NCBI GenBank assembly: GCA_051880335.1
Contig: JBJENT010000204.1
Coordinates: 1 to 36,880 of the forward strand
Direction: 5' to 3'
DNA: 36,880 nucleotides
Origin: Lachnospiraceae bacterium
GTDB taxonomy: Bacteria; Bacillota; Clostridia; Lachnospirales; Lachnospiraceae
Part shown: positions 1 to 8,202 of the stretch, one piece after another
How positions within the stretch are numbered: position 1 is the stretch's first letter
Layout of the letters: every line of letters begins with the position of its first letter
Position numbers and translations under genes: made by a program
Notes under the pieces: model-generated
Database searches by the model: none
What the model saw: the letters and a program-made list of their open reading frames with translations, nothing else
What the model was told of the DNA's origin: nothing

Positions 1-6
1 ATATTC

Positions 7-107
7 CATGTGAGTCAAACGAACACCGAGATGGAGCAAAGCGGAATCGAGGTGAGCGTTCGTGCTATTCAAAAATAGGAAAGCATGTGAGTCAAACCAT
101 GCTTTTT
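7..107. repeat. 14-bp direct repeat flanking an imperfect palindrome; second copy lies in a terminator-like hairpin
   Basis: CATGTGAGTCAAAC at 7-20 and 84-97; imperfect hairpin CGAAC(20-24)...GTTCG(58-62); stem AAAGCATG(80-87)/CATGCTTT(98-105) followed by more T. Confidence 0.6.
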
Positions 108-349
108 ACTACCTGGAGCCAGGTTATGCTTATTAGGCAGTAAAAGAAAGATGCGGTAAAACAAATTTCTCTTTCAAATTTAGCAAGATTGATGGAGTTT
201 ACTGCCACAAAAAGAAATTGCAATTTGCAGTCGTAGTAAAATCGAACATCAAATTTGAAATCAAAAAAATTTTACGACTTAGAAAATGAAATACTAAACG
301 GAGCAGTAAAGGGACTTCTCGACGTTCACTTTACGGTCACTGCACGAAT

Positions 350-388
350 ATAATTATTGAAAACAAACATAATTATGGTATAATTAAT
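350..388 (+). promoter_or_regulatory. sigmaA-type promoter of the TA operon with overlapping TAATTA palindromes (probable autorepression operators)
   Basis: TTGAAA 357-362, extended -10 TGgTATAAT 376-384; ATAATTAT 350-357, perfect palindrome CATAATTATG 368-377, ATAATTAAT 380-388. Confidence 0.65.
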
Positions 389-410
389 CCATGATTAGGA
401 GGTGCTATTT

Positions 411-671
411 ATGCCACAGATTATTCCCATTAAAGATTTAAAAAATACATCAGAGATTTCTGATATGTGTCACAAAGCAGAAGAGCCTATCTACATTACC
501 AAAAATGGCTATGGAGATATGGTTATTATGAGTATGGAAATGTATGAGTCTACCATGAAACGACTTGCTATGTATAGAGATATTGAGATTTCTGAAAAGC
601 AGATTGAAGCAGGTCATGTAAAAGATGCCAGAACAGCACTCAAAGAAATGAGGGCAAAGTATGGGCTATAA
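411..671 (+). CDS. Type II TA antitoxin, Phd/YefM family
   Basis: MPQIIPIKDLKN...EPIYITKNG..DMVIMS is a Phd/YefM signature; RBS AGGAGG at 397-402 favours ATG 411 over GTG 402; overlaps the toxin gene. Confidence 0.88.
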   Translation: MPQIIPIKDLKNTSEISDMCHKAEEPIYITKNGYGDMVIMSMEMYESTMKRLAMYRDIEISEKQIEAGHVKDARTALKEMRAKYGL

Positions 672-972
672 ATTGGTTATTTCAGAATATGCGGATGAAT
701 TGCTTAATAATCTGATATATTACTTGATATATCATTTAAAAAGCGAGCAAGCTGCAAAACATCTTCTAGACGGTATTGATAGTATTTATGATAGGTTGGA
801 AACAAATCCTTTTCAATTTCCACTTAGTAGAGACATCTATTTAGCAAATAAGGGATATCATGAAGCAGTTGTTCCACAGATGGACTATGTTGTTATTTTT
901 GATGTGAGAGAAGAAGTTGTAAATGTGGTTGGTGTTTTTCATCAACTGGAAAATTATCAAAGTAAGTTATAA
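661..972 (+). CDS. Type II TA toxin, RelE/ParE family
   Basis: 103 aa; YKLVISEYA..., IDSIYDRLETNP, YVVIF..., VNVVGVFH pattern; overlaps the antitoxin gene by 11 bp. Confidence 0.85.
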   Translation: MGYKLVISEYADELLNNLIYYLIYHLKSEQAAKHLLDGIDSIYDRLETNPFQFPLSRDIYLANKGYHEAVVPQMDYVVIFDVREEVVNVVGVFHQLENYQSKL

Positions 973-1060
973 TGGGATGGTGCAATCTCAGAAGCTGAAG
1001 AGGAAGCATTTTGATTAAATATATAATAAAAGTATTGCAGAGAGCATCGGAGGCCCGCTT

Positions 1061-3016
1061 ATGTCATTAAAATATAATATTAGCTACGAAGTAGCAGCTA
1101 TCATTTTTTTAATCATACTTCTTTTTTACATAAGTCTGCAGTACGATACCCATTCAAAGCTGAATAAAGAATTCCGGAAACTTACCTGGTTAGGATTAAT
1201 TGCCACTACTCTGGATGTGGCAACAGCCATTACGATCAGTTATGCAAGTATTGTACCTATAATAGGGAATGTCCTGCTGAACACACTGTATTTTCTATCG
1301 ATTGCGGCTTTGGGATATCAGGTCATGTATTATGACATGTATTATGTGTACAGGGATAGGATGAAGAAGTCCTTCGTTCGGGTTAACCAGATCCTGATCT
1401 GCATTTATATTACAGCGTTTATTGTAAATTTCTTTACCGGATTTTTTTTCTCCTTTACCGTGACTGGGGAATATGTGAAGGGGCCGGCCTATCTGGCTCT
1501 TTATATAGCTCCAACCTATTCTATCCTGTGCGCTGGGATAATCCTTTTTTACAATTTCCGTAAATTCCGGGTATGGCAGAGAATTTCCATATTCCTTTTT
1601 CTGAGTTTTCAGTTTTTTGGCATGGTACTCCAGATGGTCTTTTTCCCGGATACACTGTTGTCACTGTTTATGAGTGCCCTTGGTCTGATGATGATGCTCT
1701 TTACCATGGAAACTCCTGATTATCAGAGACTTGTCATTACAATTGAAGAATTGAGCGCTACGAAAAGAGTGGCAGAGAAGGCGAAAGAGGAAGCAGAAAA
1801 GGCAAAAGAGGAAGCAGAAAAAGCCAGAGAAATTGCACAGGAGGCCAATCGAGCAAAATCAGACTTTCTGGCTAATATGAGCCATGAAATCCGTACACCG
1901 ATCAATGCAGTGCTGGGTATGGATGAGATGATTCTAAAGGAAAGCACCAATCCACAGATACTGGAGTATGCTTCGGATATAAAAAGGGCAGGAAGTATGC
2001 TGCTTTCTCTGATCAATGACATATTGGATTTCTCTAAAATAGAGAGTGGCAGGATGGATATTATTCCGGTTGACTATAATTTGGGAATTTTGCTGAGTGA
2101 CACGGTTGATATGATTCGTCCCAGAGCGGAAGAGAAAAAACTGCAGCTTGAACTAAAAATTGAACCCAATACCCCTGTGCATCTGCAGGGAGATGAAGTA
2201 AGACTCAGACAGATTATTACCAATATTCTGACAAATGCTGTCAAATATACACCAGAAGGAAAAGTGCTGCTTACGGTATCAGGAAAGAACGTGTCGCCGG
2301 GAGTAGTACAATTGCATGTATCTGTTAAGGATACCGGTATCGGAATTAAGGAAGAAGATTTAGGGCGGCTGTTTGATTCCTTCCAGCGTGTGGATGAAAG
2401 CAGAAACCGAAATATTGAAGGTACCGGCCTTGGACTTTCTATTACCACCCGTCTACTGAATTTGATGGACAGTCGTCTGGAAGTGGCAAGTACCTATGGG
2501 GAGGGTTCTGATTTCTATTTCTATTTGGAACAAAAGCAACTGGACGATGAGGTTATCGGAGAAGATATAAAGAAATATTATGAAAATGAAAAAGGCAAGA
2601 TTAGCATTACTACAGAGCAGTTTTATGCTCCGGATGCAAAAATCCTTGTTGTAGATGACAATGAGATGAATCTGAAGGTCTTTTTGGGATTGCTGAAAAA
2701 GCATGGCATGCAGATTGACACTGCAAAGAGTGGAAAAGAATGCCTTGAACGAATAGAAAAAAATGCATATCACATTATTTTTATGGATCATCTGATGCCG
2801 GAAATGGATGGTGTGGAGACATTAAAGCAGATCAGAGAACTGAAAACGAATCAAAGCAAGGATGCAGTCATCATTATTTTGACTGCTAATGCGGTTTCGG
2901 GGGCAAGGGAAATGTTTTTGCAGGAGGGATTTGATGATTATCTGTCCAAGCCTATTATTGTGGCCAAGCTTGAAAAAATGATCCGGAATTATCTGCCTCC
3001 GGATCTGCTACAGTAG
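1061..3016 (+). CDS. Membrane-bound hybrid sensor histidine kinase (about 7 TM + HisKA + HATPase + REC)
   Basis: Hydrophobic N-terminal ~215 aa; H-box SHEIRTP, N-box [11 protein letters not shown] boxes DTGIG and GTGLGL; C-terminal receiver VVDD...FMDHLMP...SKP. Confidence 0.93.
   Translation: MSLKYNISYEVAAIIFLIILLFYISLQYDTHSKLNKEFRKLTWLGLIATTLDVATAITISYASIVPIIGNVLLNTLYFLSIAALGYQVMYYDMYYVYRDRMKKSFVRVNQILICIYITAFIVNFFTGFFFSFTVTGEYVKGPAYLALYIAPTYSILCAGIILFYNFRKFRVWQRISIFLFLSFQFFGMVLQMVFFPDTLLSLFMSALGLMMMLFTMETPDYQRLVITIEELSATKRVAEKAKEEAEKAKEEAEKAREIAQEANRAKSDFLANMSHEIRTPINAVLGMDEMILKESTNPQILEYASDIKRAGSMLLSLINDILDFSKIESGRMDIIPVDYNLGILLSDTVDMIRPRAEEKKLQLELKIEPNTPVHLQGDEVRLRQIITNILTNAVKYTPEGKVLLTVSGKNVSPGVVQLHVSVKDTGIGIKEEDLGRLFDSFQRVDESRNRNIEGTGLGLSITTRLLNLMDSRLEVASTYGEGSDFYFYLEQKQLDDEVIGEDIKKYYENEKGKISITTEQFYAPDAKILVVDDNEMNLKVFLGLLKKHGMQIDTAKSGKECLERIEKNAYHIIFMDHLMPEMDGVETLKQIRELKTNQSKDAVIIILTANAVSGAREMFLQEGFDDYLSKPIIVAKLEKMIRNYLPPDLLQ
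1772..1834 (+). repeat. 21-bp (heptad) in-frame tandem repeat AEKAKEE x ~3
   Basis: GCAGAGAAGGCGAAAGAGGAA / GCAGAAAAGGCAAAAGAGGAA / GCAGAAAAAGCCAGAGAAATT. Confidence 0.8.
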
Positions 3017-3079
3017 AATGAGTGCTTCAGAATTATCTCCTCCGGGAGTTGTTAGGGTAGAATGATTTGGAACAGAAAA

Positions 3080-3117
3080 AACGGACATTGACATTTGTCT
3101 CTGTCCGTTCATTTTTT
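3080..3117 (+). terminator. Intrinsic terminator after the kinase gene
   Basis: AACGGACA(3080-3087)/TGTCCGTT(3102-3109) followed by CATTTTTT. Confidence 0.6.
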
Positions 3118-3194
3118 GCATAGACCATTCAGATACGCATGCAATAATTTTTTGTCCTGTAATATGAATGAATAAAAAGATGAAAAACAAGGGC

Positions 3195-3223
3195 TTGTGA
3201 AGACCCCCATAACAAAATATAAT
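3195..3223 (+). promoter_or_regulatory. Putative sigmaA promoter of the peptidase gene
   Basis: TTGTGA-N17-TATAAT. Confidence 0.5.
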
Positions 3224-3261
3224 AATAATATGCTTATGAAAAAGGGAGGCTGTTCACTGGG

Positions 3262-4233
3262 ATGATGAAAGAAATCAAAATAACGGAAATCGAAAACATA
3301 AAGATCGGACAAGTAGAAAATATGCAGGCTGGAACAGGCTGCACGGTATTTGTGTGTGAAAATGGAATGGCTGCAGGTTTGGATGTTCGTGGTGGCGGAC
3401 CTGCTTCCCGGGAATCTGAATTATTGAAGCCTCTTGCCGCAGCAGATGCCATACATGCCATTGTTCTTGCAGGTGGAAGCGCTTTCGGATTAGACGCTGC
3501 AGGCGGAGTGATGCAGCTTTTGGAAACAAAGAATATTGGATTTGATGTGGGAATAACCCGTGTACCCCTTGTGTGCCAGGCGGATCTGTTTGACTTGACA
3601 GTTGGAGACATGAACATAAGACCGGACAGAGAAATGGGATATGCAGCTGCAGGGATTGCACTGGATGGCGGAAATTATAGAGATGGAAATTTCGGCGCCG
3701 GATGTGGGGCTACTATTGGAAAGTGGTATGGAATGGATACCTGTATGAAATCCGGAATCGGCAGTTATGCAGTACAGATAGGTGATTTAAAAATCGGTGC
3801 TGTTGTTGCAGTAAATGCTTTAGGCGATATATTTGACTGGAAAACCGGTGAAAAAATAGCCGGCCTTTTATCAGCAGATAAAAAATCCTTTGTTTCCACA
3901 GAGGAAGAAATGCTGAAAAATATAGATGTTGTGGAAAACAAATTCACAGGCAATACTACCATAGGTGTAGTGATTACCAATGCAGCTTTTAGCAAGTCCC
4001 AGCTATGCAAAATAGCAGGAATGGCTCAGGACGGTTATGCACGTTGTATCCGGCCGGTACACACCACTGCGGATGGAGACAGTATTTATGCTGCTTCTGT
4101 TGGAACCGTATCCGCTGATATGGATATCGTGGGAACTCTTGCAGCCCAGGTGACCAGTGAAGCGATTAAGCGTGCTGTAAATAACTGTGAATCTGCATTT
4201 GGATTTTTGTCTGCCAGCAGTATAAAGAAATAA
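3262..4233 (+). CDS. P1/DmpA (peptidase S58, NylC-like) autoproteolytic Ntn-type hydrolase
   Basis: TGCTV, DVRGGGPASRE, LAGGSAFGLDAA, GAGCGA, putative autocleavage site GN/TTIGVV, RPVHTTADGD. Confidence 0.88.
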   Translation: MMKEIKITEIENIKIGQVENMQAGTGCTVFVCENGMAAGLDVRGGGPASRESELLKPLAAADAIHAIVLAGGSAFGLDAAGGVMQLLETKNIGFDVGITRVPLVCQADLFDLTVGDMNIRPDREMGYAAAGIALDGGNYRDGNFGAGCGATIGKWYGMDTCMKSGIGSYAVQIGDLKIGAVVAVNALGDIFDWKTGEKIAGLLSADKKSFVSTEEEMLKNIDVVENKFTGNTTIGVVITNAAFSKSQLCKIAGMAQDGYARCIRPVHTTADGDSIYAASVGTVSADMDIVGTLAAQVTSEAIKRAVNNCESAFGFLSASSIKK

Positions 4234-4260
4234 TAGAAATAGAAATTGAAATTGAAAAAG

Positions 4261-4311
4261 AAAAGGGTTGCCGCTTTCACGAATGAAAATTTGTGAAAAT
4301 GGCAACCTTTT
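4261..4311. terminator. Long, probably bidirectional terminator hairpin
   Basis: AAAAGGGTTGCC(4261-4272)/GGCAACCTTTT(4301-4311) with inner TTTCAC/GTGAAA pairing. Confidence 0.7.
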
Positions 4312-4456
4312 ATGTTGCTATATTACCACAAAATGGTCAAAAATTCAAGACTGTTCATGGAATCCGGGAGGGACTATAATGACCTGACATTTGAGCGACG
4401 AAAGGATACTTTGAAACAGGAGCAAAAACATTATTTGAGAAAAGAGAGGGGATTTC

Positions 4457-4990
4457 ATGGACAATAACTGGCTGGAACTGTTACAAAACCAAAATCAATT
4501 ATCACGGGTGATCGAAACGAATCAATATACGGAGCAGTTTGGACTTACCTTGACACAGCAGGATGCACAGCTGATTCTGGATAACCGGAAAAGGACCTTG
4601 CAGGAACAGAGACGTATCGAGTTTGGTGAAGGCATCGCATCCAAGATCATTCAGGAGTTTTGTGATTCAAATTATATCGATCAGAATAATTACGTGGATA
4701 CCATTATTCGTCTGCAGGAAATATTCTATTTGTATAAAAATGAAATGAATGATGAGATCACCGATGACGAGCTGATTCATCTGATGAAAGAACAGTATGA
4801 AAATCTGTGTTTTGGAAGTCTGGATTATCTGGAAAGCACCTGTCTGGCTCATTTCGCACAGGCAATCCGGGCAGGGTATGAGGGATTTAAAGGGACGGAC
4901 GGATATGGAGAGTATTCCAAATTCGACTTGCAGGAACGATTTAGCTACGAACTATATCTGGAAACACTGAAAGAACTTTGCTGGAGGTAG
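4457..4990 (+). CDS. Conserved hypothetical protein (resembles DUF6323 family)
   Basis: 177-aa acidic helical protein with RBS GAGGGG; N..TEQFGLTL, RIEFG, FY..KNE...ITDDELI motifs recalled from clostridial DUF6323 proteins; family not verified. Confidence 0.7.
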   Translation: MDNNWLELLQNQNQLSRVIETNQYTEQFGLTLTQQDAQLILDNRKRTLQEQRRIEFGEGIASKIIQEFCDSNYIDQNNYVDTIIRLQEIFYLYKNEMNDEITDDELIHLMKEQYENLCFGSLDYLESTCLAHFAQAIRAGYEGFKGTDGYGEYSKFDLQERFSYELYLETLKELCWR

Positions 4991-4995
4991 TCTGA

Positions 4996-5829
4996 ATGGG
5001 ATATGAGATAGAAGAATTGGTTCCAATTGTAGCAAAACTGGCAGAAGGATATACTTCCAAAGAGAGTACTTCCATAACTTACGAGAAAGCACAGCAGCTC
5101 ATGGAAGCGGTGCTGTACAGCATCCGTGAAGAAGAAAAGGCGGAACAGTTTTCTCTGGTTCAAAAGGATGGACTGCCTGCAGAAAGAATGTATGCCATGG
5201 GTGCAAGGCACATCCGGGAAAAAACAAAAGAAGCATTGGCACTGTATAATGAAATAATGCTTCACTTTTCCGGTTATGGGAATAAGTGTCTGGAAGATAC
5301 TGTGGTAAAAGGATTACCGGAGTTTTTTAAATGGTACGACTGTAAATATGAACCTCAGAATACCATATTGACCTTGGATTATCCTGTATTATCAGATCTT
5401 TCGGAACTTACGGGGATTGACAAAATATACGACTACATTTCCTGCATAGAACTGGAACAGAGATTCCTGAATAAATTTTCTCCGGAGTATATGACAGAAG
5501 TACTTTTTAAATATGATAAACATTACAGGCTGATGATTGAAAATCTATGTGAAATTGTGCTGATGAATATTATCGGTCATATTGTGGCAGGGAAAAATAT
5601 TTCGCTTCTATATTTTGAACCGGAAGAATATTCCAAAATACAGACATGGATACAGAGAGAAAGTTTGGATGATCTACGTGAAAAAATAAGGAATGCAGTG
5701 AGAGCATTCATTGAGGAATATTACGGGGAGGATGAAAAACTGATAGAGTATCTTTATAAGGCGGTTGACAGTATTTCGGTTCGTATGAAATGCGCCGGGG
5801 ATCATGGAAACCTTTGCTGCATACTTTGA
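4996..5829 (+). CDS. Conserved hypothetical protein (resembles DUF6179 family)
   Basis: 277 aa, 5 bp after the previous gene, RBS GGAGG; YTSKESTSI...KAQQLM, FFKWYD, LDYP, GIDKIYDY, ENLCE motifs; family not verified. Confidence 0.7.
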   Translation: MGYEIEELVPIVAKLAEGYTSKESTSITYEKAQQLMEAVLYSIREEEKAEQFSLVQKDGLPAERMYAMGARHIREKTKEALALYNEIMLHFSGYGNKCLEDTVVKGLPEFFKWYDCKYEPQNTILTLDYPVLSDLSELTGIDKIYDYISCIELEQRFLNKFSPEYMTEVLFKYDKHYRLMIENLCEIVLMNIIGHIVAGKNISLLYFEPEEYSKIQTWIQRESLDDLREKIRNAVRAFIEEYYGEDEKLIEYLYKAVDSISVRMKCAGDHGNLCCIL

Positions 5830-5872
5830 GAAAATTTGGCGCACAAAAATGGACATGACTAAAAGAAATTTT

Positions 5873-5920
5873 CACCCCTCAAGATTTGAGAGTCAGGGGT
5901 GTTGACTGGGCGAAGCCGGT
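5873..5920. terminator. Hairpin(s) between convergent genes
   Basis: CACCCCT(5873-5879)/AGGGGTG(5895-5901); second small hairpin around GCGAAGC at 5905-5920. Confidence 0.45.
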
Positions 5921-5952
5921 TTCTTTTCACCGTGATTTTGGGGATAGGAATC

Positions 5953-7464
5953 CTACCGCCGCAGCTCCTGAATCAGCTCCTTGATTCTTATCTGGGTTTT
6001 GGTACGTCGCATGCTGGTATAGCCGATCATATCAGCCCTTCGCATCAGGTATTCATAACATGCCTGGGATAGTTCCGGACGCCGGATTTCCAGCATATAA
6101 GGTGGAACAGAACTACCAAGCAGCAGGGTCAGACCGGACTCACTGGAGAATAAATTATAATCCTGTCGTGTACCTGCATTCATGGGAATTAAATGATAGT
6201 TCTCATACTTGTCCATCAAATCCAGAATATGCTGCAGATGAAGGGCATAGGTTTCCGGAGTATAACGGGGATGGTTAGGGGAGACCTGTTTATGCAAACC
6301 AACCCATACCTTTCCTGCACGAATCTCTTCCGGTGTAGCCAGCGGACAGATTTCAAAGAACTCCGTATATGAAATTCTTTCTTCAAACTTTACAGTATCT
6401 TCCTTGAGCAGTTCCCACATTTTCTTCCATTCGGGGATTGTCTCCTGCTGAATACAGTCATCCAATATCGGGACCGGCAGCGTGTAAGGAGAAGGGTTGG
6501 CTGCATTTTGAATGATAGGACTTTTGGACTGTAAAAGTTCTCGAAAACAGGAAAATTGTGCTAACGGATCCGTATGTGTAAGAAGAGCCGGTCTGCACAG
6601 GGCAAGCTCATGGCGAAACTGTAAAAAGTAGGCATCTATAAGAGAGGAATTGGTCGAGTTGACAGTGATCAGATCCGGGGAGTTTCCGATGCCGGTGCTT
6701 GCCTGTACGCAGTGCTCAGGGAAAATCATCAGACTCCGGCGGTAGAGATTGTCACGCAGTCTGGGATAATAGTAGACTTCTGCTCTGCCGGAGGCATAAA
6801 TAGGAAGCCAATAGCGCAGGGATTCCACATACCGATTCATATAGTTCAGGGATGGCATGATATGACAGAGGGTATAGCCTTTTCGAAAGATTTGGTGCAG
6901 GGCACTGGAAAAAATTTTCATAAACTGATAGTCTTCGAACAGCCATTCCATATTAAGGTCCGATATCAGATAGATGGGACAGGGCTGGTCTATCTGTGAC
7001 ACAATATCAAAGATAGAGCGCAGAGCCTCGCGCATTCCTTCTGTGCCATAAAAGAACTGGGTTTGTCCATCCGAGGACGCGGACGTAAGGATGGGAGTAT
7101 ATTCCGGATTTATATCCGTAGTGGACGGAGGTTGGACAATATTTTCAAAGACATGCTCTATCATAGGAGTGTCACCAAGCATCCAGTTATACAGCTTATC
7201 GGTAAGTATTTCCTTGGATATGCCGGGACGCAGTTCCGGTTTCTCTAACATCTCTGCCAGCGCATGAAACTGAAAATCCGCAGAGCAGCGTCTGGCAAAA
7301 AAAGCAGCCATGTGCTGAATATGGTCATGGTTACGGGGGGTTTTACGTTTTCCGCTTCGTAAAAGGCTGATCAGGGAGCGGTCCACGGAAATCCCTTCTG
7401 CCAGTTCTTTGTTCGAAGTATTCGTGATATTCATCAAAAAATTCAGCTTATTGGAAAATTGCAT
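5953..7464 (-). CDS. Large XRE-type helix-turn-helix transcriptional regulator with long uncharacterised C-terminal region
   Basis: N-terminal TSNKELAEGISVDRSLISLLRSGKRK is an XRE HTH; RBS GGGAGG upstream on the minus strand; 503 aa. Confidence 0.82.
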   Translation of the reverse strand: MQFSNKLNFLMNITNTSNKELAEGISVDRSLISLLRSGKRKTPRNHDHIQHMAAFFARRCSADFQFHALAEMLEKPELRPGISKEILTDKLYNWMLGDTPMIEHVFENIVQPPSTTDINPEYTPILTSASSDGQTQFFYGTEGMREALRSIFDIVSQIDQPCPIYLISDLNMEWLFEDYQFMKIFSSALHQIFRKGYTLCHIMPSLNYMNRYVESLRYWLPIYASGRAEVYYYPRLRDNLYRRSLMIFPEHCVQASTGIGNSPDLITVNSTNSSLIDAYFLQFRHELALCRPALLTHTDPLAQFSCFRELLQSKSPIIQNAANPSPYTLPVPILDDCIQQETIPEWKKMWELLKEDTVKFEERISYTEFFEICPLATPEEIRAGKVWVGLHKQVSPNHPRYTPETYALHLQHILDLMDKYENYHLIPMNAGTRQDYNLFSSESGLTLLLGSSVPPYMLEIRRPELSQACYEYLMRRADMIGYTSMRRTKTQIRIKELIQELRR

Positions 7465-7605
7465 CGTGATGACCTCCCGCTCATGTGTGTGGTCAAAAAG
7501 ACAGAAACCTTATCCCGGAGGCAGGTATGATTCATGGCTTTTGTTCTTTATATCTATCAATATATAAAAAAATGAAAATTTATGCAATATAATGCACAAT
7601 ATAAA

Positions 7606-7694
7606 TGTCACCAGAAATTACATCACGGATTACGTGTCACGTGAAGTGACAAAATGGCTGAAAAGTTGAAAACAGGCATAAAAATTGATATGAT
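7606..7694 (+). promoter_or_regulatory. Operator (TGTCAC-N5-GTGACA plus extra half-sites) and sigmaA promoter for the Hpt operon
   Basis: Palindrome 7635-7651; half-sites TGTCAC 7606-7611 and CATCAC 7621-7626; TTGAAA 7665-7670, TG-n-TATGAT 7686-7694. Confidence 0.6.
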
Positions 7695-7801
7695 AGAAAA
7701 TAACAATTAAAAACAGAATATGATATTTTTTTGCATAAATCTAAAAAAATGACATAAAAAGTTTCACTTTGAAAATATATGCAGAAGGAGAATATATAAT
7801 A

Positions 7802-8173
7802 ATGCAGTTAGAAGAGTGTTATGCATCCTTTCAGGGAAATTATGAGGATGTGAAATCCCGCCTGGTAAAGGAGGATCTGATCCGGAGACTGGTTCTTAAA
7901 TTTTTAAAGGACACCAGTTTTGAGGAGCTTTCCAATGCGATGGAACAGAAAGATTATGGTGCAGCCTTTCGTGCGGTGCATACCTTAAAGGGTTTGAGCC
8001 TGAATTTCGGATTCGATTGTTTGAGCAAATCTGCCGGAGCATTGACTGAAACGTTGCGTAAATGGGAAAGTGAGCCTGTTGATGAGGCACTATGCGAAAA
8101 GCAGTGGCAGCAGGTGTCTGCAGATTATGGGATGATAACCGATGCGATACGCAAATTGGAAGATGCTGAGTAA
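7802..8173 (+). CDS. Stand-alone Hpt (histidine phosphotransfer) protein
   Basis: AFRAVHTLKGLSLNFG with the conserved His; RBS GAAGGAG at 7784-7790 favours ATG 7802. Confidence 0.9.
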   Translation: MQLEECYASFQGNYEDVKSRLVKEDLIRRLVLKFLKDTSFEELSNAMEQKDYGAAFRAVHTLKGLSLNFGFDCLSKSAGALTETLRKWESEPVDEALCEKQWQQVSADYGMITDAIRKLEDAE

Positions 8174-8202
8174 GCGGGTGACTGATTGAAAGAATGGAAA
8201 AA

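Noticed and set aside
80-91. AAAGCATGTGAG shared with 36422-36433, as possible att-like ends of an island
   Set aside because: A 12-bp match is expected by chance in 37 kb, both copies are terminator arms, no integrase is present, and the interval includes housekeeping genes.
7465-7800. c-di-GMP riboswitch in the divergent region, expected near HD-GYP genes
   Set aside because: No class I or class II consensus could be recognised on either strand.
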